Source: Octopus sinensis (lineage: Eukaryota). Taken from it: a stretch of DNA of 64,000 bases. Positions 27,590-40,054 of the stretch are shown piece after piece (position 1 is the stretch's first letter; the number at the start of each line of letters is the position of its first letter). Made by a program: the position numbers and the translations under genes. The stretch covers positions 122,450,001 through 122,514,000 of the forward strand of contig NC_042997.1 of NCBI RefSeq assembly GCF_006345805.1. The letters run 5' to 3'. Below the pieces are notes generated by a model that was not told the DNA's origin, ran no database searches, and was given only the letters and a program-made list of their open reading frames with translations.

Positions 27590-30290
27590 GGACACACCAC
27601 CCACACACCTACCTCCCACACGCACACACCCACCCACCTACCTCCCACACGCCTGTTCACACACACACATACGTAGACCCATCTACGTACATACATTCAC
27701 ACATTTAATCACACACACTTACAGACATACTAGCACACTCTAACATACAAACCAACATGCACATACACACACACATACATACATACGCACACACACACAT
27801 ACTTACACACACACACACAGGCATACATACACACATACACACCACATACATACGCACATACATACACACACACTCACACACACACACCGCACGTACATAC
27901 TTCACACACACCACATGCAAACATACATGTAGGCACATACATACATACATACCACACATGCACACCCTTACACTGAATGCACACACACATACACCTTTTG
28001 CATCCAGGCAGCCCCCCCCTCTTTTCTGCTTTCCGGTTTTGGCTGATGGATCCTCGGTTCCCGCGTAGCGGGGCGTTCGTGGGCCTTTGCGCTCGCGCGC
28101 CTTGGCGCGCGCTGGGGGCTTGGTCGGCCCCTTGGGCTTGCGTTGTACTGCTTGTGCGTTGTGTGCGTGAGCGCGCTTCGTGTGTGTGGGCTTGCTTCGG
28201 ATGTGCGCGTGCGTATGTATGCATACATACCCACACACTCGCATGCATCCCTACCCACATGCATACACGCACACCTACTCACACACACATTCACACACAT
28301 ACCTGCACACACACACACACATACATACATACACATATATACCTACTTCAGACCTACACACACACAGACATACACCCATACACTCACACTCACACGCATA
28401 CACACACACACATACACACGCACACGTACACATACACACACACACACACCTACATACATACATTACACTTGTATACACACACACTTACATTCATACACAC
28501 ACACACCTACACAGCCATACCCTCACTCAGACACACACATCTACCTACACACACACAAACACACACGGACACACACCCATACATACATACATCTACACAC
28601 ACACGCCTACACACATACATACACACATACATAAACACACACACATACACATATACACACATACGCACACACACATATACTTATACACATGCACACACAC
28701 ACACATACATACATACACCCATATACATACACACACATACCCACATACTCCTATACGCACATACATACACACAGACATACACACATAAAACTCACACAAA
28801 CATACACACACACATACTTACACACACACTCACCTGCACGCGCACACACATGCATGACAAACACCCATACACTCACACTCACATACGCACACACCAACAT
28901 AAACACGCACACGCACACACACACCTACACTCCCACACACATACACACGCACCTACATACACACACGCACGCATACACACGCATACACACATACATTACA
29001 CACGTACACACACACCTACATACACATGCATACACACACACACACAAACATGCACGGACACACCCAGACATACACACATACACCTATATACACACGCCCA
29101 CACACCTACATTCACACACATATACACACGCCCACACACCTACATACACACACATACATACACACACATACACGGACACACCCATACGTACTTACATACA
29201 TACACCTATACACACACGCCTACACACCTACATACACACATATGCATACACACACACACACATGTACGCACATACACACACATATACGCACATACATATA
29301 TACCCACACACATGCACACACACACACACATACGCACATGCATGCATGCATGCACACGCGCACACCTACACGCATACACACACACACACGCACGTACACA
29401 TACATACATACACACACGCATACATACACCCATACACATACATGCATCCTACACACACATACATACACACTCACACATACATACACACACACACACTCAC
29501 TCACACACCTGTATGTACGCGCACACACATGCACATACACACACTTCCCCACACCCACACGTAAATACATACACACTCACACACATACACACACACACAC
29601 ACACGGACATACATCTATGCACACACATACATACACACATACTCACATACATTCATCGGACACACTGCCACCCAGACATACACACAGACACACTCAACAT
29701 CCACACACATACATACTTACGCGCATACTCGCAGGCGCGCGCACACACGCGCTTGCGCCGGTTCGCGCACGCATACGCGCCGCATGCACCTCGCTCTTGG
29801 ACCCGAACGAGACCTCCCCCCGTTCCTGGGACCGTCGCGTGTCGTTGGGTTTTCCCACGCCGTCTCCGCGGGACCACTCTTCCATCTTCCCCTCAGCTGG
29901 AGTCCTTTTTCCTTAAACCCCCCTTTTTCGTTACACACACGCGCACACATATACACACATTGCTTAAATATATACATTACTCTTACAAACATTCAATCTA
30001 CTCGCCATTAATACCACCACGACACTGGACACACACACACCTACTACTCAACACACGCTGGCACGCTCAATACGCCCTCACCCCTTCCCCTCCCTCCCTT
30101 CCTCCTTCCTTCTTTTTCTTACTACTGACCTTGTCTGCTAGCTGACCACTAGTCTCGCCCTACCTCACACGCCTACACACAGACGCACACACTAACACAC
30201 ACATATATTTTTTGTTTTTCATCTCGCCTCACACACACATACACACCACGCACACGCACACATCACACATACACACACATCTGTTGCGTT
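27590..30290 (+). repeat. Degenerate (CA/CATA)n tract of about 2.7 kb inside the PLE 3' region
   Basis: Read directly; it is the source of the His/Thr-rich 722-aa ORF. Confidence 0.95.
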
Positions 30291-30450
30291 ACCAATCTTG
30301 TCTCCACTCTTTTGCCTTTAAAAACCCACTTTGCTCTTGTTATCGTAAACATCCGCCTTTCACCATGTGCAACTCGTAAACACCAGTCGTCTTTTTTCTC
30401 TTTCCCTGTTGCCCGCTCTGGGATCTTTCTTCCTCTCTTTCCTTCTTTAT

Positions 30451-30485
30451 GTTTCCGACGAAGAGCTCCGCTCGAAACGTCAAAC
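30451..30485 (+). ncRNA. Type I hammerhead motif (family 4) with CCGACGA core
   Basis: GTTT-CCGACGA-A-GAGC(TCC)GCTC-GAAAC-GTC-AAAC. Stem I GTTT/AAAC, stem III ACGT, U4 replaced by C. Confidence 0.75.
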
Positions 30486-30697
30486 CTCCCTGCTTCCATT
30501 TCCTGAGCGCCTATTAATAATAATACTGTAATTGTTCCATTGTTGTTGTTTTTTTTGTTTCCCGTTTGGATTAAAATTATATATATATATACACAATATA
30601 TATATATATTCACTATATATAGATATATATATGCATATATATACGATATAGATATATATATGTATATATATATACGATATATATGTATATATATAAG

Positions 30698-30730
<33 letters not shown>

Positions 30731-30731
30731 T

Positions 30732-33180
30732 ATTTTATTTTCGAGTTTCAGCTCAGGGCTGCGGCCATGCTGGTGCACCGCCGCTTTATGCTACACTGTT
30801 ATTACGAAGAACCTCGTCTAATATGTGGCACTTGGTGAAGAATGGAGTTTGATATAGCTACTCTCATTTGCACCTCTTGCCGTGAGGTAGGTTCCTCTGG
30901 GACTCTTGACAGGAAGATGTCCAGCTTTGATTTAAAAACCGCTACATCTACTTTGTGCAAATTCCTCAGACTCTTTGGGAGAATATTAAAAAGCTGTGGG
31001 CCCTTGAAACCCAGGCTATTGCAGAAGCTGGTCCTGAAGCATGATAGCATTGCTGGGATCTTTGGCACTATGCAGTGTCGTCCCGTTCTAGCATTGGTGT
31101 AGCTTACAATGCCAAAATTTGGCACATTTCATTCCAGGATATTCCAGACATATATTACTGCATACCTCTCCCGTCTTCTCTCCAGGGAGTAGAGTCTTAG
31201 CTGTTTCAACCTTTCACAGTAGCTGAGCTGTTGCAAAGAGATGATCTTCTTTGTTAATCTTCTCTGGATTGCTTCAAGGTCCGCTGTTAATTTTACACTG
31301 GTGGGTGACCATAGGTGTGAGCAGTAATCCAGGCGGCTGAGGACGAATGTCCGCCAGAGGACCATCATGGTTTCCTTATCTCTGGTTCTGAATGTTCTTA
31401 GGATCCACCCAGCCAGTCGTCTGCACTTTGTCGCTATCCTGGTAATGTACACTTGGAAAGAGGTATCATCACTCATGTCGATACCCAGGTCCCTCACAGA
31501 CTTAGGCTCTGGGATTGAAATTCCCTGTGGACCGGTGTATCCTGTAAGTTTAATATTCAGTTTTGAATGCTAGTAGCGCAGGGCCTGTAATTTTTCAGCA
31601 TTAAACTGCATATTATTATCCTCAGCCCATCTGTAGATTGAGTCCAACTCCTGCTACAGGTGTGCAACATCGCTGGGGTTCTGTATTTTCTGCGAGACTT
31701 TCGTATCACCTGCATAGCTGGCCGGAGTGGGTATCCGGGCATTTGAGGGCATATCTGAGAGGGCCACTATAAAAAGCAGTGGTCCCAAGACAGTGCCCTG
31801 TGGAACACCGCTCACTATTTGTGTGTTCATAGAGGTGGCTCCATTAACCACTACTGCCTGACTCCTATCTTTCAGGAAGTCATGCAACCACACTCCAAGT
31901 TTTCCAGCTATGCCGAGGTCACGCAGTTTGTGGCATATCATACCATGATCCACCTTGTCAAAAGCTTTTGCAAAATCAAGGTAGATTACGTCCACATTTG
32001 ATTTGTTGAGTAACTGCCTCAACACCCAGTCATAATGCTTTAAGAGCTGGGTCAGGCAGCTCCTACCTGGTCGAAAATCATGCTGGGTATCACTCAGCAA
32101 GTTATTTTCTTCAAGGAATGCGATTTTTTCCCTCTGACTATCCGTTCCATGACTTTGCTGATGTGTGAAGTCAGAGAGATAAGCCTATAGTTTTTGGCAT
32201 CTGCTCTACTTCCACCTTTATGTATTGGGCATATTATTCCCTCCTTCAGCTTGCTTGGCAGTTTGCCATTCGCAAGAAAGCTCTGGAAGAGAATCTTGAG
32301 GGGTTTTGCCAGGGCATGCTTACACGCTTTGAGAAGGATGACTGGGAAACCATCTGGACCAGCAGCTGAGTTTGTGTCCACTTCATCTATGGCTAGTAGG
32401 ACATCTTTTTCGCTAATGTCAATACATTCTATTGGAACCGCCTCGCTGGTTATAGGTGAGGCAGCAAAGAAGTCCACTGGTTCGTTCACTTGTCTGTGTT
32501 CCAACGGGGTGGTAAAGACACTTTTGAACTGGTCATTCAGCATCTCACTGATCATAGTTGGACTGTCTGTGAGGGAGCCATCCTTTTGAAGGAGGGGTCC
32601 TATCTTGTAGTGCACTGAGACTGTTCCTTTCGCGTAATGAAAGAAGGCCTTTGGTTTTGATTTAATGTTTTTTATAACCCAGGCTTCTTTGTCTGCTTTC
32701 TCCTTCACATAGGATTGTTGCAGCCATTTTTCGATCTCCATCAGTGTTGTTTTTAGGCGGGACGTTTCGCTACTTTTGAGATGTTGGTTGAGACGATTTG
32801 CAACCTTCGTCCGTCGTCTCATGAGGATCTTCCTGTCTCTTGGAATCTTGCTCCTATTTGTTTTGGCCTTGTGCTCTGGGACATATTTCTGGCATACGGC
32901 CTGCACAGAAGACATGAAACATTCTAGTTTCATGTCAAAGTCTGGTGTGGAGAGACATTCCGGCCAGTCCTCTCCGAGTATCTCTTTTTGGATCGATTTC
33001 CAATCTGCTTTGTGGAAGTTCAGATTGGAGAGATTTCGGGTGCTTCCTTTAGGCTGTATGTCTCTGGTTACTTTCGGCCCAAACATAGACAGCTCTATTA
33101 TGTTGTGATCCGAAACTGATGTCAGTGTCACTTTCACATCATGAATGGTGTCCATATTGTTCGTGAAGCAGAGATCCAGA
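30732..33180 (-). mobile_element. 5'-truncated CR1-group LINE (family B): end of APE endonuclease plus RT
   Basis: LDLCFTNN...SDHNII (APE C-terminus), AAGPDG, NYRLISLTS, YLDFAKAFDKVDH, GVPQGTVLGPLLF, YAGDTK, YSLERRRER. A few stops and frameshifts. The 3'UTR reads GGCGGTGCACCAGCATGGCCGCAGCCCTGAGCTGAAAC followed by a tail. Confidence 0.95.
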
Positions 33181-33572
33181 GAAAAAAAAGTCTTTCCTAT
33201 CCACGAGGGAGTCGAATCTACATCCTTTTGTTAACGCGACTAAGTGTTTTACTTTTACACCAGTGAATCAGCATATATATATATATATATACAACAATTG
33301 AGGGTAAAATTAATTAATTAATCAATTTCACCAAGTATTCAGTATGCAAAGGGACCATTTAAGGCGAATTCAAATTATTACATTATATAAAAGGGCTTAG
33401 TAAAATAAATTACTTTGCCGCTTACTGAACTCGTTAGAAATAGCAGCTAAAAAAACTTTTTATGAAACCATTTCCAATACTTAAAGAAAACCTCTCTCAT
33501 ATAGTGCTTGCTCAATTCAACTCAAGAAAGTATGGGGGTAGAGACATTAAAAAATCAAATGCAAAGGTTATT

Positions 33573-33625
33573 TGAGTACGTACGTTTCAAGATTAGTCAA
33601 AATCGACCCTTCTCTCATCAGCTCA
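33573..33625 (-). ncRNA. Intact type I hammerhead ribozyme (family 5)
   Basis: Reverse complement of the 34447-34499 motif. Confidence 0.88.
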
Positions 33626-34446
33626 GAATGCCCTTGTTTGGATTTGAAAACACTGAAAGTGGGAGCATACCCTTTCGGCTTGTTATCGCTTCAGAAGATC
33701 TGTTCAAAACTAACAGTGCCAACAAACTCAAATATGCAAGCGAAGAAATTTCTGTTCTCCCCTTTCCACCAGCGTGGGTTAAAATCAGCAAACACTATTC
33801 TTTTTTCGGTAAAATCCGAGACATTAAGTAGAGAGAGATGAATTATAATTACAACAATTGAGGGTAAAATTAATTAATTAATCAATTTCACCAAGTATTC
33901 AGTATGCAAAGGGACCATTTAAGGCGAATTCAAATTATTACATTATATAAAAGGGCTTAGTAAAATAAATTACTTTGCCGCATACTGAACTCGTTAGAAA
34001 TAGCAGCTAAAAAAACTTTTTATAAAACCATTTCCAATACTTAAAGAAAACCTCTCTCATATAGTGCTTGCTCAATTCAACTCAAGAAAGTATGGGGGTA
34101 GAGACATTAAAAAGAGACATTATTTTACTAAGCCCTTTTATATAATGTAATAATTTGAATTCGCCTTAAATTCGCCTTACTTGGTGAAATTGATTAATTA
34201 ATTAATTTTACCCTCAATTGTTATAATTATAATTCATCTCTCTCTACTTAATGTCTCGGATTTTACCGAAAAAAGAATAGTGTTTGCTGATTTTAACCCA
34301 CGCTGGTGGAAAGGGGAGAACAGAAATTTCTTCGCTTGCATATTTGAGTTTGTTGGCACTGTTAGTTTTGAACAGATCTTCTGAAGCGATAACAAGCCGA
34401 AAGGGTATGCTCCCACTTTCAGTTTTCAAATCCAACAAGGGCATTC

Positions 34447-34499
34447 TGAGCTGATGAGAGAAGGGTCGATTTTGACTAATCTTGAAACGTACGTACTCA
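34447..34499 (+). ncRNA. Intact type I hammerhead ribozyme (family 5)
   Basis: TGAG-CTGATGA-GAGA(AG)GGTC(GATTTT)GACT(AA)TCTT-GAAAC-GTAC-GTA-CTCA. Canonical core, stem I TGAG/CTCA, perfect palindrome ACGTACGT as stem III. Confidence 0.88.
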
Positions 34500-34685
34500 A
34501 ATAACCTTTGCATTTGATTTTTTAATGTCTCTACCCCCATACTTTCTTGAGTTGAATTGAGCAAGCACTATTGAGAGAGGTTTTCTTTAAGTATTGGAAA
34601 TGGTTTTATAAAAAGTTTTTTTAGCTGCTATTTCTAACGAGTTCAGTATGCGGCAAAGTAATTTATTTTACTAAGCCCTTTTATA

Positions 34686-34737
<52 letters not shown>

Positions 34738-34978
34738 CGATATATATATATGTATATAAATATATATACATATACGATATATACATATGTATATATAATA
34801 TATATATATATATATATACGATATATATATATGTATATATATATATACATATACGATATATACATATGTATATTTAGTATTTCCTATTTTGATAATCAGT
34901 GAATAGACTTCACTGAATTATAGATATATACAATACGAAGTCGAGACAAATATCGACAGCTGCCCAGTGTCTGCTACT

Positions 34979-35021
34979 CTAGGCCGATGAAGGACAATTA
35001 TCCTGAAACACGTATCCCTAG
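34979..35021 (+). ncRNA. Hammerhead motif (family 6) with CCGATGA core
   Basis: CTAGG-CCGATGA-AGGA(CAATTA)TCCT-GAAAC-ACGT-ATC-CCTAG. Stem I 5 bp, stem II 4 bp. Stem III is one mismatch from the palindrome ACACGTGT. It lies in a TA-flanked island at about 34875-35235. Confidence 0.7.
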
Positions 35022-35240
35022 ATGCAGCTCCGGCGGCCGGGGGTGTTTGTCTCTCCTTCGTAAATGTATATAAGGACACAGAGAAAAAATGTGTCAAAGT
35101 CATCAGGAAGCGTCTAGGGATATACAGCGGTGGTGTATCCCCCTACTATCACGTTCGTGTTAGATTGACAGTATACAACCATTCTATCGCCCCACCACCG
35201 TACATGTCTCTACGAGAGATTTAGAAATTCAATATTTCTT

Positions 35241-35309
<69 letters not shown>

Positions 35310-35631
35310 GATATATCATATGTATATATATATACACATACGATATATACATATGTATATATATATTATATATACATGTACGATATAACATATGTATATA
35401 TATATACATATACGATATATACATATACGATATATACATATGTATATATATATACATATACGATATATACATATGTATATATATATATCATATACGATAT
35501 ATACATATGTATATATATATACATATACGATATATACATATGTATATATATATATACATATACGATATATACATATGTATATATATATATATACATATAC
35601 GATATATATATATAAATATACGATATATATA

Positions 35632-37111
35632 TACTTTGATACTTTGATACTTTGATAGGTTTCGGCCATTATTGGCCCAGGCCATGTCTAACTTAATAGC
35701 ACCACCTGGTGAAGTCTTTCAAGTCAGAATTTGGGCACTATGGCCCACTCAAGTAGAGAGCTATTGTTTACATAGACATATCCGGGTGTAGGGGGTTTAT
35801 CCGGGATTTCTTGAAGGAATCTGTCCAAAGACTTCTTGAACCCTATAGGGTCACTTTCTGTTTTAATGTGTTTTGGTGTAATGTTAAAGAGAGCGGGGCC
35901 AATTGAGGTGAAATAATTGTGCCGTATTGTTGTTATGAGATGAGAGTGCGATTTTTGTTTTGGGCGGATGGCACGGGGCCCAAGCCTTGATGTACCTTAA
36001 AGGTGATGCCACATCATTTGGGCAATGCTGTTGGAATATTTTCCACATCATGCAGATGATGTAGCGCTCACGACGACGTTGGAGAGAATAGAGTTTTAGC
36101 TTTTCTAGTCGACCCCAATAGTCGAGGCCTGTCATGCCATCTATCTTTTTTGTGATTGCCCTTTGGGTGCTTCAACTTTTATATGATACCTTGTATTGTG
36201 TGGGGAGACCACAGTGGACAACAGTATTCAAGGTGGGGTCGGGCAAAAGTGGAGAAAGAAGGATAATGGTGTGGATATCTCTCGACTGGAAAGTTCTGAG
36301 AATCCAGGAACACATTCTGCGGGCCATGTCAACTTTGGTGTTTATATGAGTGGCCCAGCTTATGTTGTTGTCCACAATTACTCCCAAGTCTCTGATGTGT
36401 TGGACGCCGCGAGAGTTTCACCTGAAGGAAGGGAGTATGGGAGTTTCAGGGCATCCTCTTTTCCAAAGTGGATTAGCTCAAATTTATCCTCGTTCAGCAG
36501 CATATTGTTTTTTTCTGCCCATTGGATAACAGCCAGTAGATCTGACTGAAGGCATGTCCGGTCACTCGCCTCATTTATGACCTTCTGTAGCTTGGAGTCA
36601 TCTGCAAAGATTTTTATTTTGCTGTGCTTGATGATGTCATTAATGTCATTATGTAAATGATGAAGAGAAGTGGGCCCCGCACAGTGCCTTGCGGAACGCC
36701 ACTACTGACTTTGGCTGGGCTTGATTTTACCCCTTCAACTACAACATGTTGAGATCTGTCTGTCAGGAAACACTTGATCCATTTCAGTAACTTTCCAGAG
36801 ACACCAATGTTGGATAGTTTTTTCAATAGGATCTTGTGATCGACCCTGTCGAAGGCCTTACGGAAATCAAGGTAGATGACATCGGTGTTGGAGCCCTCTC
36901 CCAAAGCTCTCAAAATGTCCTCAAAGTGATGCAGGAGCTGCGTTAGGCAGTCCCTTCCATTACCGAACCCATGTTGGTTGGAGATCAGCCGTCTGTTGCT
37001 TTCCAGAAATTGGGTTATTCGAGATCTCACCACCCTCTCAAATACCTTGATGATATGAGAGGTGAGTGAGATCGGACGGTAATTCACTGCAAGGGACTTG
37101 TTTCCCTTTTT
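35632..37111 (-). mobile_element. 5'-truncated CR1-group LINE (family A, copy 2)
   Basis: KKGNKSLAVNYRPISLTS...YLDFRKAFDRVDH...GVPQGTV, FADDSK, YSLQRRRER. Several single-base frameshifts. Same 3'UTR motif as 12821, with an (ATCAAAGT)3 tail. Confidence 0.95.
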
Positions 37112-37202
37112 ACATATATATACATGTACGATATATACATATGTATATATATATATATCATATACGATATATATATATGTATAATATATACATACATATC
37201 CC

Positions 37203-37235
<33 letters not shown>

Positions 37236-37474
37236 ATATATTATATATATACATAGATACGATTATATATAATGTATATATATATATATAACATATACGA
37301 TATATATATATGTAAATATATATATATACTTATACGATATATATATGTATATATATATATAATATAATATATATACGATATATATATATATATATATATA
37401 CGATATATATATGTAATATATAAATACGATATATGTATATATATATATAATATATATATTATATATATATACGA

Positions 37475-37506
<32 letters not shown>

Positions 37507-37781
37507 CGAAATATGTATATATATACGATATATATTAATATGTAAAAAAGATATTATTAATATACCATATGACATATATAATATATATTATATATATATA
37601 TGTATGTAGGTATATATATATGATGTATATAAATATACGATATATATATATATATATACGATATATATATATATATTTATACGATATATATATAAATACG
37701 ATATGTATATTATATGATATATCTATGTATACGATAATATATATATATATATATATATATATGTATCCGATATATATAATA

Positions 37782-37813
<32 letters not shown>

Positions 37814-37826
37814 GATATATATATAT

Positions 37827-38186
37827 GTAAGGTACATCCAAGGCTTGGGCCCCGTGCCATCCGCCCAAAACAAAAAATCGACTCTCATCTCATAACAACA
37901 CTACGGCACAATTATTTCACCTCAATTGGCCCGCTCTCTTTAACATTACACCCAAACACATTTAAAACAGAAACTGACCCTATAGGGTTCAAGAAGTCTT
38001 TGGACAGATTCCTTCAAGAAATCCCGGATAAACCCCCCTACACCCGGATATGTCTCTGTAAACAATAACTCTACTTGAGTGGGCCATAGTGCCCAAAATC
38101 TGACTTGAAAGACTTCACCAGGTGGTGCTATTAAGTTAGACATGGCCAGGGCCAATAATGGCCGAACCTATCAAAGTATCAAAGTA
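37827..38186 (+). mobile_element. Short CR1-group LINE 3' end (family A, copy 3), inverted relative to copy 2
   Basis: Near-identical to the reverse complement of 35632-35999, including the 3'UTR and ATCAAAGT tail. Confidence 0.93.
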
Positions 38187-38566
38187 GTATGTACACGATA
38201 TATATATATATATTATATATATATAATATATATATATACATTTGTATATGATATTCATATATATATATGTATACGATATATATATATATATACATATCTA
38301 TATATATGTATACATGATATAATATATAATATATTATATATATATAATATAGATATATAGATGCTTAGCTATACGTTAGATATATATATATATATACATA
38401 AGTATACGTTATATATATATATATATACATACCTACAATTTATATGTAAATATATATACATACCTAAACGTTATATGAATATATATGTATATATACCTAT
38501 ACGTTATATGAATATATATATATATATCTATACGTTATATGAATATATATATATCTATACGTTATA

Positions 38567-38605
<39 letters not shown>

Positions 38606-38962
38606 ATACGTTATATGTATATATATATACATATATATACATACCTATACGTTATATATGTATGTATATATATATACATACATGCACGTTATATATACAT
38701 ACATATACGTTATATATATAAATATCTACACATACACGCACAAATTATAATATATCTACACACACACACATATATAATATATCTACACACACACACTCAC
38801 ATATATAATATATCTACACACACACACACACATATAATATATCTATACACACACACATGATATATCTAACACACACCACATAATATATATATGATATATA
38901 TATATATACACACAAATAGTAAATAAATGGCACAAACTAAGTACCGATATATATATATATAT

Positions 38963-39005
<43 letters not shown>

Positions 39006-40054
39006 TCTACACACACACACATCTATATACGATAAATTATTCATACATAAATGGTTATATAGGGATATATAACAATAATAGTAGGGAATATAATTCCAAA
39101 ACAATTTTAAATCAAATTTCACAATAAATATGTATACAATTTAGAGAAAAACACTATGAAACATATCAATAAAGAAAGATATTATTCACACCATATAGAA
39201 AATATACTATAAAAAAAACAGTAAGTAGTAAATATAAGTAAAATGTTTACGTAAGTTTCATGGCTATATTTTCAATTTGATAATAATAATATCAATTCGA
39301 TTCAAATTTAAATCTATTCAAAAATATAGTCACTCACCAGGCTTAAGATAATAGATAACTAAAAAAAAATTACAGAATAAATGTACTTAAATTATACTAA
39401 TTATCAAATTAATATATAAAAAATACGTGTATTAACTTTAAACAATCAAAAATCATTTAACAATATTTCTTAAAATAAAAACATAACTTAACTTGTCGAA
39501 GGATTTTCGTTAACTAAAAATGTAAACGTAAAACGTTGAACTTGGAATTTATGAGAAATATATCGCCTGAAAATATGGCGTAAATAGAATACATTGAAGA
39601 AAGGGGTAGGAATATGTATGTAAGCTATTAAAATTACAAATGTACTTTAGCTGCAAGAATAAAGAAAAAGTTAACTTTAATATACTATTAACTGGAAATA
39701 TTTTAATGATCTAAATAATTTCAATACTAAATGCGTAAAATATATAATATAATACGCATAAAGTAAGCTAAAATTCCATAATTTTACCTATTTTCATTAA
39801 TTAATTTATTTTATAAACATCTAATTTTCATTTTATTATAGTTATGTAATATAGACTATATAATCCCGTGAACATTTTACTAGTACAAACTATAACTACA
39901 GCAATTAGTAACATGTAACAGGTTTATATATAAATATATACAAATTATCTAAACTTATTATATAAGTAATCTAATTTATGAATATATAGCTAAATTAGCT
40001 AAACTTATATAAGTAATTTAAATTTTGAAAATATAGCCATAAACTTGGTGTAGA

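Larger units (their letters stand above)
26700..30560 (+). mobile_element. 5'-truncated Penelope-like element (copy 1): RT C-terminus, GIY-YIG endonuclease, long 3' region and HHR
   Basis: Frame from 26700: TDSHLYLNFSSSHP...KRAIPYSQFLRLRRLCS, CSRSRCNTC Zn motif, IYCIKC..CGMLYVGQTGRRLSDRFTEH. A frameshift near 27395 continues VARHF...EQRYIFTLQT..PHGLN to a stop at 27563-27565. Confidence 0.93.
33291..34690. mobile_element. Non-coding 560-bp hammerhead-bearing unit: tandem 1.5 copies, then an inverted copy (retrozyme / PLE pseudo-LTR type)
   Basis: ACAACAATTGAGGG starts at 33291 and again at 33851 (period 560). The second copy stops at 34113. 34122-34690 is the reverse complement and spans the same tandem junction. 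(TA)n lies on both sides. Confidence 0.9.

Noticed and set aside
27977-30145. 722-aa His/Thr-rich ORF (and similar ORFs at 40244-41179, 57275-58069 and many YI/CV/HT ORFs)
   Set aside because: Translations of CA/TA microsatellites, which lack stop codons in some frames; no protein-like complexity.
33508-34564. Duplicated 107/106-aa ORFs (MLNSTQESMG...)
   Set aside because: They are the two arms of the inverted repeat, antisense to the ribozyme. No recognisable domain, and they differ by frameshifting indels.
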